Both the position numbers and the translations under genes were made by a program. Shown in pieces: positions 17,229 through 27,817 of a DNA stretch of 45,665 bases (position 1 is the stretch's first letter; each line of letters begins with the position of its first letter). This stretch comes from a virus (lineage: Duplodnaviria; Caudoviricetes). Location: IMG/VR virus record IMGVR_UViG_3300014201_000003, positions 1-45,665 of that record; one strand, given 5' to 3'. The notes beneath the pieces are model-generated. The model saw only the letters and a list, made by a program, of their open reading frames with translations. It was not told the origin of the DNA and ran no database searches.

Positions 17229-19393
17229 TCGGCCAGGAAGACCAGAAGCAGTCAATAACTAAGTTTGAAGGTTACTACAATCGTGGGAGTGCAGACGAGG
17301 TCCCGATCGATCACGCTCAAGCTCTTTTGAACGTAAAATCGACGTCACAAAGTCGGGTTCAGACGAGGGAAGGGACTTCGGTAGCTTTCACGGTTGGGTA
17401 CTCGGGAGGCATCCGTCGATTTTTCGACATGACCTCCTTGCCGTCGAATGTAGGTCAACCTGCAGGAGGAGGTGATCCAGACGCTACAGCAGGTGATAAC
17501 GTTCTTATCCTGGATAACGCCAACAATTTATATATAGGAAACGACCCGACACCTATAATAAATGTTGGTGGGATGGCGGATTTTTCTGCCGTCAACATGG
17601 GGAACCGCACCTATGTCTCCCCGAATAATGGGATAGGAGGCTTTTCAGGTGGTAATCTACTCGTCGTTAATCCACAAACTGGAGGTATCAGACTCGCGGC
17701 GGGTCTTGCTCCGGCACAAACCGGTTCTCTCATGTCGGCCGCTGAAACCGCGACTACAGGAAACAACGCTCCAGGGGTACATCAATTCGCTGTTGCATTT
17801 CAAACTGACACAGGATTCTGGACTCCTCCAGGTCCCAAACAACAGTTCTCAGGTTTTCCCGCGACGGCTTCAACTTCAGCAGGTGCACCGACAGTATTCG
17901 CCATATCTAATCACGGTATGGTCACTGGTGAATCCCACACAATTAGAGGAGCTACTGGGTCCTGGGCGATAGTCAACGGTACATGGCATATAACTGCTAT
18001 TGACTCCGGACACTTTTCGATTCCTGTAGATACGTTTGGGCTTGGATCTCTAACAGGATCATTACAAATCGATGGTCCATTCGTAGCGGCGACCGTCAAC
18101 GCAGTTGGTGGCTTCACGATCCAATTAACTAACATCCCAACGGGACCGTCATTCTGTACTGGTCGTGTACTACTTGCTACTCAAGCCAACCTTGATACAT
18201 TCTTCTTTGTGCCTAATGTTCCTGGATGTCAAGGAGTTATCCAGGATAATACCACGACGTCAGTAACACTTAACTTCTTCGATACTGACCTGACAGCTTC
18301 AGCTGACTATTTATTCGATTTACTTGAGGTGATTCCAGGAGGTGGAGGAATTACTAAGTACCGAAATAGAATGGTCATCTCCGGCCCTTTCTTTCCAGGA
18401 AATCTAGAGCAGGTTTTACTTTCGAATGTCCTTAATCCAGAAACATTTAATTATGTCTCTGGAGTCGTTCAAGTTCAAACGGAAAATGACGATAACGTAG
18501 TTTCGAATGTCTTCGTACTTCGAGATACTTTATACATGCAGAAGTTCACCGGTACATTCAGTACCGAAGATAACGGAGGTGACCCGGATACATGGGCTGT
18601 AACCACAGTAGACGCCATTATCGGAGCTTATCCCTACGGAAATTCGTCATTCACCGTTTCTCAAAATTCTCCGGATACAGGAGATATGGTAATCGTAGCA
18701 CACAAATCAGGTCTATACATTTTCAACGGAATGTACACGCTACCTGAGTTATCCTGGAAGATCTGGAACTACTGGAACCGTATAAATTTCGCTTATTTTT
18801 ATCGTGTCACGGTAGCTCTGGACCCCTGGAATAAGTTGATCTATGTTACCGCTCCGCTCGACACGGCTACCAACCCAAACACAATGATTGTCGTGGATTA
18901 CAGTACGGGACTCGACTCTCAAAGCGTTAGATTCTACATTTACAGTTTTCCGTGGAATGCTGCATGCATTGGAATGTTCTACTATAGTGGCGAGTATAGC
19001 CTCAAAATCGGAGTTTTGACCGATACTAATTTGTATCAATTAGATACGACCAAAACTGATGATAATGGGACGACAATTCAATCATCTTACAGTCCTGGAC
19101 CTATTACATTTGGTCTGGGTGGGCTTAATTTCTTCAAGTTACTCAACTTTAGAGCTTGGGGTACAGGTAGACTCAATCTTACTCTAGCTCAAGAGGATAA
19201 CCAAAATACGGTTACTCCTCCATACTTAACGTTAACAGCTACTCCTGGGAGAGAATTACAAAGACAAATTAATTTTACTAACGAAAAACTTAATCTAACA
19301 TTCGCTTCAGGCACGACTAAAGGTGATATGATGTTTATTGATCGAGTAGATGTTTGGGGGTTAATGCGATGGCCTCTCCGTCCGGCGGTGTAG
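17225..19393 (+). CDS. Podoviral tail hub/nozzle protein (P22 gp10 / tubular B-like)
   Basis: 722 aa, all-beta propeller-like composition, located after the adaptors. It has an inserted FCCH-like segment (NHGMVTGE...NGTWHIT). Confidence 0.65.
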   Translation: MIGQEDQKQSITKFEGYYNRGSADEVPIDHAQALLNVKSTSQSRVQTREGTSVAFTVGYSGGIRRFFDMTSLPSNVGQPAGGGDPDATAGDNVLILDNANNLYIGNDPTPIINVGGMADFSAVNMGNRTYVSPNNGIGGFSGGNLLVVNPQTGGIRLAAGLAPAQTGSLMSAAETATTGNNAPGVHQFAVAFQTDTGFWTPPGPKQQFSGFPATASTSAGAPTVFAISNHGMVTGESHTIRGATGSWAIVNGTWHITAIDSGHFSIPVDTFGLGSLTGSLQIDGPFVAATVNAVGGFTIQLTNIPTGPSFCTGRVLLATQANLDTFFFVPNVPGCQGVIQDNTTTSVTLNFFDTDLTASADYLFDLLEVIPGGGGITKYRNRMVISGPFFPGNLEQVLLSNVLNPETFNYVSGVVQVQTENDDNVVSNVFVLRDTLYMQKFTGTFSTEDNGGDPDTWAVTTVDAIIGAYPYGNSSFTVSQNSPDTGDMVIVAHKSGLYIFNGMYTLPELSWKIWNYWNRINFAYFYRVTVALDPWNKLIYVTAPLDTATNPNTMIVVDYSTGLDSQSVRFYIYSFPWNAACIGMFYYSGEYSLKIGVLTDTNLYQLDTTKTDDNGTTIQSSYSPGPITFGLGGLNFFKLLNFRAWGTGRLNLTLAQEDNQNTVTPPYLTLTATPGRELQRQINFTNEKLNLTFASGTTKGDMMFIDRVDVWGLMRWPLRPAV

Positions 19394-19941
19394 GTAACTC
19401 TAACTCGAATGTACGAACTGAGCCGTTCGACCATCTAATCCAACCTCTAAAACAGGTACCGAAGGGTGCCTCGTATTATGTCAGATTATATGAAGCGTTA
19501 AAGAAGATTAGCACTCAAGTCAATAATCTTTATAATACTGTAGTACCGCCCGCGACATCGACGAACCCGACTCCGCCTGCGACACCTACAGTGGTGCAGG
19601 ATAAAGCAACATTCGGAATTACACAGACTCCTGTAGTTCAGAATGGTCTTACGAATGATTATATCTGCCGTAAGAATGGAAATTTTATTGATATTGTCGG
19701 TAAGTGTTTATCAGCTCCGAGTGGAGGAGCTACAATATTTAATATTGATAAATCGACAGATCAAGGGACTCATTGGACGCCAATTATGGCTACAGGATTA
19801 AATTTTACTGGATTAAATATAGTATCGAATGGTATATTCACGCAGCCATCGATAGCCATAGGAGATTTACTGAGAATTAACTGTACTGCTGTAGGGTCCA
19901 CACCCGGATCTGGTTTTGAGATTGTGCTGAGATGGGCATAG
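19369..19941 (+). CDS. Putative tail-associated protein
   Basis: C-terminal IAIGDLLRINCTAVGSTPGSG beta domain. The ORF track starts at 19354. Confidence 0.6.
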   Translation: MASPSGGVGNSNSNVRTEPFDHLIQPLKQVPKGASYYVRLYEALKKISTQVNNLYNTVVPPATSTNPTPPATPTVVQDKATFGITQTPVVQNGLTNDYICRKNGNFIDIVGKCLSAPSGGATIFNIDKSTDQGTHWTPIMATGLNFTGLNIVSNGIFTQPSIAIGDLLRINCTAVGSTPGSGFEIVLRWA

Positions 19942-20897
19942 CTTTTTCATACACGCCAGTTTACTACGGAATGCTTAATTCCACGTCAGCAACTACACTA
20001 CTGACTGGAATTGATAGTGCTCTGCGTACTGCTGGGTGGACTGTGTCAACATCCGGTACCGCTAAAGTGTATCAGTACACGACACCTCAAGGCTTAGCAG
20101 GCCGGGTTAAGATTTGGGATAATGGAGCAGTCGTGGGTTTTGGGTTTCCAGCTATAAGCGTACAAATATTAGATGATACTGAGAGCGTGTCTGGGCTGGA
20201 GCACCATCTAATATATGGAACTATCACGACTGGATTTAGTTATGAGATACTAACTAGTAAGACTTGGTGTTTCATAACCTTCAACGGAGTTGACGGTAAT
20301 ATTGGAGATCTGGTTAGTGCATACTCGGTGTGTTTTGGTGGTGCTTTTCTCCCGTCAGGGCTTGTAGGCCAGTGTGCCGCTCCGAAGCCCAACACAATCT
20401 ACGAGTTGACCTGGTCGAATGGGTCAGGAGACGGCGGAACATGTGGGAAAAGTTTCCGTAACTCTGCTAGATGCTACGATATACCCTTTGCTAGTGCATC
20501 CTGGTCATATATCGTTAACGGAGCAGCTTTTGTTTACGGTGGAGGTGTAGATCAAAACTACGGAGTCATGCAATATTATGAGCTATTCGGAACTTATAAT
20601 CCGTCCACTGACCCATACCCATTTACTGTGGATTACACGACTCACTTACCAATTTTTATTGATGCTTTTATTGGGTGGACTGGACAGATCCAAGGTCAGA
20701 TTTATGATGCTATGGTAGCGACGGGTGCGATGGGATTAGATAACTCATACACTTCGATGGAGGTAGACGCTCTAGGGAATAACTCGACAGTGACTTGGCA
20801 CATTTGGTGCTCTCAACCAAGCTCGTCTTTATTACTTCGTCAAAGCGGATTTAATCCTTCTGGGGGAAGTGGAGGTATATTCGGCTATGCCTACTGA
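19932..20897 (+). CDS. Putative tail fibre/receptor-binding associated protein
   Basis: 321 aa, G/S/T/Y-rich, in the tail module. Confidence 0.55.
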   Translation: MGIAFSYTPVYYGMLNSTSATTLLTGIDSALRTAGWTVSTSGTAKVYQYTTPQGLAGRVKIWDNGAVVGFGFPAISVQILDDTESVSGLEHHLIYGTITTGFSYEILTSKTWCFITFNGVDGNIGDLVSAYSVCFGGAFLPSGLVGQCAAPKPNTIYELTWSNGSGDGGTCGKSFRNSARCYDIPFASASWSYIVNGAAFVYGGGVDQNYGVMQYYELFGTYNPSTDPYPFTVDYTTHLPIFIDAFIGWTGQIQGQIYDAMVATGAMGLDNSYTSMEVDALGNNSTVTWHIWCSQPSSSLLLRQSGFNPSGGSGGIFGYAY

Positions 20898-22140
20898 TCC
20901 GCTCGCACCGGTCTATAGTGATGCAGGCACGTGCCAGTTTGTGGCTAGTGTGACTGATGATTTTCTGTTTCCAGCTGACTACGGAAATAGTGTACTCAAA
21001 CAATTGGTGTCTTCACTCAATGCATCAGGCTGGAGTCAAGTATCAGCGCTAAGCACTAATGCGACGTGTGTTTTAAGTTTTCCGTTTGGTGCTCCTACTG
21101 ACACATCTACTACCATACCATTTATTCATATTAACTGTTACTCATTTGCTCCATTCTTAAATATCATCGGTGTTTGTCAATTTATTGGTTACGCGCCTCA
21201 CACTTACATTCCACCAGTTAATACGGCTAGCTGTGTCTTTTTTGCTTATGGAAATACGGTTGCCGCAACTATGGCTAGCCTAGCTGGAGCTATAGATACA
21301 TTACCTCAGTTTACTGCCAGTGTAACTCCTACAGGTATAGGTGAGGGTTACACATTAACAATTACAGCTGTAGCTCCAGGATTTGATTGGGACTCGGCTC
21401 AAGTTCAGGTGAATGGAGGTTACGGTTTAGGGGCATTTTTCGGGGGTGGCTACATAGCCATGAGATCAGTTGGAGGTGTGGGTTACGAGCAGTTTCAAAT
21501 TCGATTAAGCACAGGCCCTAGTATATATCCGGATAATATTATGATAATCGAATTTGGTGCTCCTAACACATCACCTCCAGACTGGGGAACATTGACCCTA
21601 AACTCTCAAGTGACGACAAGTGATGTAGCTGTGGCACCGTTTAGTATTTTTACCGGGCCTAATCACTTTTGTTTACTCGACTCGGCTTCGGGAGCGGGAC
21701 TTCCATCATCTCAGTCAATATATGCAGCGGCTCCGCAAACTAGTATAGGAGCCAAGACTGGAGTTTTCGTGGTTAGTCCTGGACAATTTAAGGATCATAC
21801 ATACTGGAATAGAGGAAGTATTCGGATAGTTGACGGAGTCTCGAGTGGACTTAATGCACCTTATCAGGGATTTCCTCAATTACTTCAGTTGAGATCACCA
21901 AGTGTTTCGCTACTAACTCCCGACCAACAAGCCGTTACTATCGGACCTAAAGTTATATTCTCGCTAGGTTCCGAGCAACCGGGAATTCTGGGCGTTATTC
22001 CCGACACTTTAGTGACGACACAGACGATTAGTGGGTTTCAGCAGGACGGATATTATTTTCATGCTGTTAGTAGCAATAATGGGTCTGGATTGACTACAGT
22101 CGGAACATTACTTATTAGGATAGGGGACGTTCATGCCTAA
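20887..22140 (+). CDS. Putative tail fibre/receptor-binding associated protein
   Basis: About 417 aa, beta-rich. It shares an LxxxGW helix motif with the preceding gene. The ORF track starts at 20869. Confidence 0.55.
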   Translation: MPTDPLAPVYSDAGTCQFVASVTDDFLFPADYGNSVLKQLVSSLNASGWSQVSALSTNATCVLSFPFGAPTDTSTTIPFIHINCYSFAPFLNIIGVCQFIGYAPHTYIPPVNTASCVFFAYGNTVAATMASLAGAIDTLPQFTASVTPTGIGEGYTLTITAVAPGFDWDSAQVQVNGGYGLGAFFGGGYIAMRSVGGVGYEQFQIRLSTGPSIYPDNIMIIEFGAPNTSPPDWGTLTLNSQVTTSDVAVAPFSIFTGPNHFCLLDSASGAGLPSSQSIYAAAPQTSIGAKTGVFVVSPGQFKDHTYWNRGSIRIVDGVSSGLNAPYQGFPQLLQLRSPSVSLLTPDQQAVTIGPKVIFSLGSEQPGILGVIPDTLVTTQTISGFQQDGYYFHAVSSNNGSGLTTVGTLLIRIGDVHA

Positions 22141-22528
22141 AAGTCAATACTGGGCTAACACGATATTAGATTTTACTTATGGAGGCGTGACTTCGGTTAC
22201 TCCTCCAGCAACGTTGTACTTCGATGCCATGACGGTCCCACCCACAATTACTGGGGGCGGGACATCAGCTGGATTTGGTCGGATTGGGTTAACCAACAAT
22301 CTCACTAATTTCCCTTCAGCTAGTGGAGGCACAAAAAGCACTGGAGTTGCAATTAACTTTGGGACCAACACGACTGGATCGACTCAAGTGGTCGTTGATA
22401 TAGCAATATATGACGCATCGACCGGAGGAAATCTAATTGCATTTGGTCTTCTTTCAACATCAGTGACAGTTCCAACCGGAGCGCCATTCGTCGTACCGAT
22501 AAACGGAGGAGTATTTACTGAAACATAA
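22133..22528 (+). CDS. Small tail fibre-associated protein
   Basis: IAIYDASTGGNLIAFGLL motif, widespread in phage tail genes. Confidence 0.7.
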   Translation: MPKSQYWANTILDFTYGGVTSVTPPATLYFDAMTVPPTITGGGTSAGFGRIGLTNNLTNFPSASGGTKSTGVAINFGTNTTGSTQVVVDIAIYDASTGGNLIAFGLLSTSVTVPTGAPFVVPINGGVFTET

Positions 22529-23625
22529 TGCCTTACACTAGGACATTAACGTTCAATGCAGCTCTTGGTTCTAGCACGCTAACTAACTTTCCCATGCTAT
22601 TTTGTGGGGTGTACTCCTGGTTAGCCACGACTACACACGGCGGACATGTTACTAACTCAAACGGATATGATATACTTTTCTATAGTGATTCGGGCCATAC
22701 TACTCTTATGGATTGGGATCTTGACTATTATGATCCTACGACAGGAACCATAGCTGCCTGGATCAAAAATCCGTCATATACTACATCAGCATCTCCGTTG
22801 GTATATATGACTTATAATGATCCATCCATATCGACGTTCCAGGGTAATACTAATGGGACTTGGGACTCAAGTTTCGTCGCTGTGATTCACTTAAACGCTA
22901 GCGGAACTCAAAACGACTCGACTAGCAATGCGAATAATCTTAATCATAACCAAGGCACCGTGTCGTTTACAAACACGAATGCACTATTTGGTTATGCATT
23001 TGATAATTCAGGTGGAGGACTTCACGGACTTTATAATTCCTCAGCAGTAAACACACCATCAGGTGCGGGAGCGTTCAGCTTATCGATTTTCTTTAAGTTT
23101 CCGGGGTCCCCAAATAACTCTGACAACCAAATGATATCAATGGGTCAGAACGCAGGGACTAATGTATCGTGTGGTATTGATGCGTATAAACCAACGAATG
23201 TAATCGGTTTGGGTAACTCATCAACATTTGTTTTAGGTCCTTGGACTGCCGATAATAACTGGCATCACGTGTGTATAATGTGCGCTGCGAGCGCTAACGC
23301 AAGTGCCACAAATGTTTACCTTGACGGTACGTTATTATCGATCACAAGTTCAGGTGGAGGTACAAGCTCGCCTTATAATTTACCTTCTTCCTCAAGTTAC
23401 TTATGCATCAATTGTAATGCTGGTAACACAGGTGCGGGATCAGTCGCGAATGCTTATTTAGATGAAGCTAGATTCTCATCTACACAACGATCCGCTGACT
23501 GGATCACAAATGAGGCAGCACAGATAAATCCAACGAGCCTCTATATGGTCGGGTCTGAGGGTGGAAGCGGTGCCGGATCTAGTTTGATTCTTGATTTAGG
23601 GAGTGGAGTTCACAATCATGGCTGA
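22528..23625 (+). CDS. DUF2341-like plus LamG/concanavalin-like domain protein
   Basis: LTNFPML...NGYDILF...AWIK and DNNWHHV...VYLDG...LDEARFSSTQRSADWI. Confidence 0.75.
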   Translation: MPYTRTLTFNAALGSSTLTNFPMLFCGVYSWLATTTHGGHVTNSNGYDILFYSDSGHTTLMDWDLDYYDPTTGTIAAWIKNPSYTTSASPLVYMTYNDPSISTFQGNTNGTWDSSFVAVIHLNASGTQNDSTSNANNLNHNQGTVSFTNTNALFGYAFDNSGGGLHGLYNSSAVNTPSGAGAFSLSIFFKFPGSPNNSDNQMISMGQNAGTNVSCGIDAYKPTNVIGLGNSSTFVLGPWTADNNWHHVCIMCAASANASATNVYLDGTLLSITSSGGGTSSPYNLPSSSSYLCINCNAGNTGAGSVANAYLDEARFSSTQRSADWITNEAAQINPTSLYMVGSEGGSGAGSSLILDLGSGVHNHG

Positions 23626-24307
23626 TATAACAAGAGTAGTAGGGACTACAAGTCAAATAATTAACTTTGTTATTCGTAGCACTGCGTCTACCCCTCCAGG
23701 CCTTCCGTTGACTGGTCTTGTTTATAATTCGTCTGGACTTGTAGTGTATTATAAACGCAACTCAGCAGCTACGGACGTTGCTATCACACTCGCCAGTGGA
23801 ACTCTCGGAACGTGGTCCAGTGGAGGATTTAGGGAGGTCGACTCGACTAACATGCCCGGACTCTACGAGCTTGGCGTCCCAAACGCGGCACTTGTGAGCG
23901 GAGCAGATCAGTGCTGGATTATGCTTCAGGGAGCCACTAACATGGTTCCTATGAACTATGAGATCGAATTAACAGCTATCAACAATCAAGATGCTGTAAG
24001 GGCCGGCCTATCATCACTTCCAAACGCCGCGATGGCTATTGCGAAGGGTGTGGCTTATCCCAATTTCACATTTCCGATGTACGACACTAACGGGAACCCG
24101 AAGACGGGGCTCGGATCTGGTGTGACGTCTCAGGTACGCTTAGATAGTGGAAGTTTTGGTGCTACAACAAACAGTCCGAGTGAGGTAGCTTATGGCATCT
24201 ATACCATTAACTTATCGACCAGCGATACCAACGGTAAGGTAATCACTTTAAGATTTTCAGCTACAGGAGCTGAGGATACGTTCGTGACGATCGTAACTCA
24301 AGGATGA
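23618..24307 (+). CDS. Putative tail structural protein with two similar beta domains
   Basis: PLTGL...EVDSTNMPGLYEL and PKTGL...EVAYGIYTI. The ORF track starts at 23603. Confidence 0.65.
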   Translation: MADITRVVGTTSQIINFVIRSTASTPPGLPLTGLVYNSSGLVVYYKRNSAATDVAITLASGTLGTWSSGGFREVDSTNMPGLYELGVPNAALVSGADQCWIMLQGATNMVPMNYEIELTAINNQDAVRAGLSSLPNAAMAIAKGVAYPNFTFPMYDTNGNPKTGLGSGVTSQVRLDSGSFGATTNSPSEVAYGIYTINLSTSDTNGKVITLRFSATGAEDTFVTIVTQG

Positions 24308-24954
24308 ACAATTTTGTCGCGTTCTTTTGGAGACCCGCCCGCAAGCAGTCTCCAATACAACCAGCATCGGCTATTTGGTTTTCACAAACACCAAATACCT
24401 TCTTCTGGAGAACGAGATTAAATCTAACTCCTCCTTCTTCTTCAGGAGGACTTAGGTGGATTAGTAACAGTCCTGGAGTTTATTTCTGGTCTCGCAAGGC
24501 AGTTTCTCAGTATAAGCATAGAGGTTATTGGTTATTCAATGTTGATAATGTTTGGGTTTGGAGGTCGAGGAGATTCACATCCAACCCGACGTATCAGGGG
24601 AGTTTTAATGTTAGCGGAGCAACTAATTTACAATTCACAGCAACTCAAACTCCAGGTAATTTCACAGTTGCTGGCTCGACGAATGTCAGATTTAAGAATG
24701 CTTATACTGAAGGTACTTTCATTGTCAACGGTGCGACGTCTGTACAATTTATAATACCGACAGTTTACTATGGTAACTTTGAAGTGGATGGAGTTACGTC
24801 TGTCATTTGGGATTTTGGTGGACCTCCAACTAAATTCCAGGTAAACGGACAAACCGACATTGTATTTTTCGTTTATGTAGGACAGAAAATTTCATGTATA
24901 ACAGGAGATGGAGACACACCACCCGTAGTTTCAGTTTCAAACTACGTCTTCTAA
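24304..24954 (+). CDS. Hypothetical protein with Trp/Arg-rich N-terminal repeats and GxFxVxGxTxVxF repeats
   Basis: Repeats are visible in the translation. Confidence 0.65.
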   Translation: MNNFVAFFWRPARKQSPIQPASAIWFSQTPNTFFWRTRLNLTPPSSSGGLRWISNSPGVYFWSRKAVSQYKHRGYWLFNVDNVWVWRSRRFTSNPTYQGSFNVSGATNLQFTATQTPGNFTVAGSTNVRFKNAYTEGTFIVNGATSVQFIIPTVYYGNFEVDGVTSVIWDFGGPPTKFQVNGQTDIVFFVYVGQKISCITGDGDTPPVVSVSNYVF

Positions 24955-24958
24955 ATAT

Positions 24959-25324
24959 ATGGTACAATGGCTAACACTTGGATTCTCGTTGATAAGTACG
25001 GTGGTATTAATATCCATGTTTATTGCTCGCATGAAAGCGCGAGAAGAAAAAGTTGAGGAGGATATAATAAGGCTAGATGCAGAAGGAACAAAATCTTTCG
25101 ATAAAGTGTCAATAGAAATGAGAAACATGTCTGACATTATTGGTATCATAAAGACTGCTACGGCTGAGCAGGCTATTATGAACAAAGTTTTCACTAACAC
25201 GGTCGATGGTATGCTCAAGAAAATTGAGTGGACCCAAGATCAGATCAACGAAATTAAAATTAAGCAAGCGCAAATAGATGCAAGATTACAGAAGGTAGAA
25301 AGGTGCCCAGCTTGTAATGATTAG
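24959..25324 (+). CDS. Membrane-anchored coiled-coil protein (possible lysis-related)
   Basis: One N-terminal TM segment followed by a coiled coil. Confidence 0.6.
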   Translation: MVQWLTLGFSLISTVVLISMFIARMKAREEKVEEDIIRLDAEGTKSFDKVSIEMRNMSDIIGIIKTATAEQAIMNKVFTNTVDGMLKKIEWTQDQINEIKIKQAQIDARLQKVERCPACND

Positions 25325-25703
25325 TATTAGAGCATTTCAACCTGACGATACAGAGAAACTTCGTTCGATCGCCGAACGATCTTTCCCCATGCCTGATTTC
25401 ACTAATCCTCTATACTTTTATACTCTCGTGATAGAGAATGACGGTAAAGTTATAGGGGCTGGTTCAGTTAAACTAACAGCAGAGGCGATTCTAATATTGG
25501 ATGAAAATCAGTCTCTAAGGGTTAGAGTAGAAATACTGAAGGAGTTAATGCTGAGTTTAATGTTTCAATGTCAGAAACTTGGTTTGATTGACGTGCACGC
25601 CTTCCTGACGGGCGATACAGAAATAGGTCGAGTCTTAAAGAAACACTACGGATTCGACACTCACACTGGTGAGGTACTCGTACTAAACTTAGGAGGAACA
25701 TAG
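25317..25703 (+). CDS. GNAT-like protein preceding the ejection proteins
   Basis: IRAFQPDD start, VIENDGKVIGAG strand and LKKHYGF end. This position matches podoviral gp13-like genes. Confidence 0.6.
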   Translation: MISIRAFQPDDTEKLRSIAERSFPMPDFTNPLYFYTLVIENDGKVIGAGSVKLTAEAILILDENQSLRVRVEILKELMLSLMFQCQKLGLIDVHAFLTGDTEIGRVLKKHYGFDTHTGEVLVLNLGGT

Positions 25704-26701
25704 TGGGCAAAAGTCAGACAAACCAAGCGACTAGTCTCGCGAATCAAAACTATAATAATATCAACGCCACTGGTACCGCAACCCAAAATCAAATTCAGGG
25801 CCTGCTGGCTGGATCTAACACGTCTACTATGACGGGTTACGGTACTCAAGCTGGGACTGGATTTACTAACGAGACGGGTGCTACGGGTGCTTACGATCCG
25901 GCTACTTATGGTAATCTCTATAATGCTAACGCTAATAACACCGTAACGGGAGGATTTAATCCAGCTCAACTGAATGCATTACAGGGAGATTACGCTAACC
26001 TCACAGCGAATGGCTTGGGAGGTATAGATCCGACTCAAGCGTCAAATATAGCGGGTGGATACAATAATCTCATAAACACCGGAGGTATATCCAATGCAGC
26101 CGCGACGGCCATGGAGAATCAAGCCTCGGAGGCAGCTCAGTCGGTGTACTCGACAGCGGGTCAGCAAATGGCTCAGCAACAAGCTGCGTCTGGTCAAGTT
26201 GGAGGTGGAGGTTACGCCTCACTAGCCAGACAAGCAGCACAAGCAGCCGCTCAAGCAGCTAACACATCAACGGCTAATGTAGCACAGCTCCGTCAGCAGG
26301 GAACTGAGGCGGGGCTTGGTGGATTGTCTCAATTCGAGCAAGGTGCGGCTGGCCTACAGCAAGGTGCTGTGGCTGGTCAATCTGGACTAGCGTCGACTCA
26401 AGCGGGTAACTCACTCGCTGCCCAAGCCCAGAATCAAACACTCGCAACTAACGCAGCTAACCAGGCTCAAACGGCTAATAGTGGCCTATCAAATCTATAC
26501 GCTTCAGCACCTGGAGCACAAACAGCTTTGATAAACCAGTTATTACAGTCCCAATCTACGACTGGTCAGTTGAGTACAGAACAAATTCAGATTCTTACTG
26601 AATTATCAAAGAATCCTGGAGTATTCTCGAGCATTTTAGGTGGACTTGGTGGTATAGCTAGCGGTACTGGCGGACTTTTGACGGGAATTGGAGATTTGTG
26701 A
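25703..26701 (+). CDS. Ejection/pilot (internal virion) protein
   Basis: AGGAGG RBS with GTG start; A/Q/G/N-rich helical sequence with a Gly-rich hydrophobic C-terminus. Confidence 0.7.
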   Translation: MGKSQTNQATSLANQNYNNINATGTATQNQIQGLLAGSNTSTMTGYGTQAGTGFTNETGATGAYDPATYGNLYNANANNTVTGGFNPAQLNALQGDYANLTANGLGGIDPTQASNIAGGYNNLINTGGISNAAATAMENQASEAAQSVYSTAGQQMAQQQAASGQVGGGGYASLARQAAQAAAQAANTSTANVAQLRQQGTEAGLGGLSQFEQGAAGLQQGAVAGQSGLASTQAGNSLAAQAQNQTLATNAANQAQTANSGLSNLYASAPGAQTALINQLLQSQSTTGQLSTEQIQILTELSKNPGVFSSILGGLGGIASGTGGLLTGIGDL

Positions 26702-27816
26702 TGACACCACAATATGACGATGACTATGATCCTGAAGAGCTTCGACGTCGTCAGGCTCTTAACTATCCTTCGATAGAGGATAATCCAGTGTCTCGTGCCG
26801 CTGCGCTGGTCTTAGCTCCCGACGAAGAGGAGGCTGATGGGCCTTCTACGGTTACTCCAACCTCACAAGCCGCGACTAAATACGCACAGCTACTACAAAA
26901 TCGCCCTCAACGAGCCGACTATAAACCCTCAAAATTAGCGAGGGTCGGAGCTGCTTTATCTGGGCTAGGTGAAGGTATCAGAGGTGTGCCAGGAGCTGGA
27001 ACCCACTCTAATTTAAACGCAAAATACGACGCAGCAATACAGGAGTGGGAACAAAATCTGAGCGGAGCACAAAATCTCGCAGCACTCGAGGAGAAACATA
27101 ACCAAGAACTAATAAATCAGCAGCGTGCTAAAGCATACGCCGTGAGTGCTCAAGCACGTCAGGCAGCTGCTGAAGCTGTCGAGAGGGACCGCCAGTTTCG
27201 AGAAAGTCAACCTCGTCCTTTAACACCATTCGAGCAGTACCAGCAGAATCCTGATGCTTACACCAAATTCGAGCAGGCTCTCCATCCACGTAATCCTACA
27301 GAATTTGATCAGTACAATCAGGATCCTGACGCCTACACTAAGTTTGAGTCTACTCGACATCCTCTAGATCCGAACCGAGAAACATTTGAGCAACGTCAAC
27401 AACTTCAACAAGAGCACGAAAGATCTGAGACCTCGAGGCAAGCGGCTCATGACGCAAGAGAAGCAGCACTTCGGCGTGAATTAGCTAAACCTCCGCAGGA
27501 GAAAACACAAACACCTCAGTCTCAAGCACAAGCAGAACAGTTAGCTGTGCGTGACCTTCTAAGGACAAACCCTGAATACTCAAAATTTGTCGAGCCCCTA
27601 AAAGATTCAAAAGGTAATCTTGTGGGTCATTCAGTCATGAGTCAGGAAAATGCAGCTAATGTCGACGAGAAGTGGTGGCAAGCAAAAGACCCGCAAAGAA
27701 TTACCCGTAACCGGGATACTTATCGACAATTCTTGATGGATCTTGACAAGAGAAAACAAGAAATTTCGGGTAAGCAGCGAGGCGACGTCTGGGAGATTAA
27801 ACCTCAACAGGAATAA
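26698..27816 (+). CDS. Internal virion/ejection protein
   Basis: Helical and Q/E/R-rich, with a duplicated FxQYxQxPDAYTKFExxxHP repeat. It lies between the pilot and giant genes. Confidence 0.65.
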   Translation: MMTPQYDDDYDPEELRRRQALNYPSIEDNPVSRAAALVLAPDEEEADGPSTVTPTSQAATKYAQLLQNRPQRADYKPSKLARVGAALSGLGEGIRGVPGAGTHSNLNAKYDAAIQEWEQNLSGAQNLAALEEKHNQELINQQRAKAYAVSAQARQAAAEAVERDRQFRESQPRPLTPFEQYQQNPDAYTKFEQALHPRNPTEFDQYNQDPDAYTKFESTRHPLDPNRETFEQRQQLQQEHERSETSRQAAHDAREAALRRELAKPPQEKTQTPQSQAQAEQLAVRDLLRTNPEYSKFVEPLKDSKGNLVGHSVMSQENAANVDEKWWQAKDPQRITRNRDTYRQFLMDLDKRKQEISGKQRGDVWEIKPQQE

Positions 27817-27817
27817 C

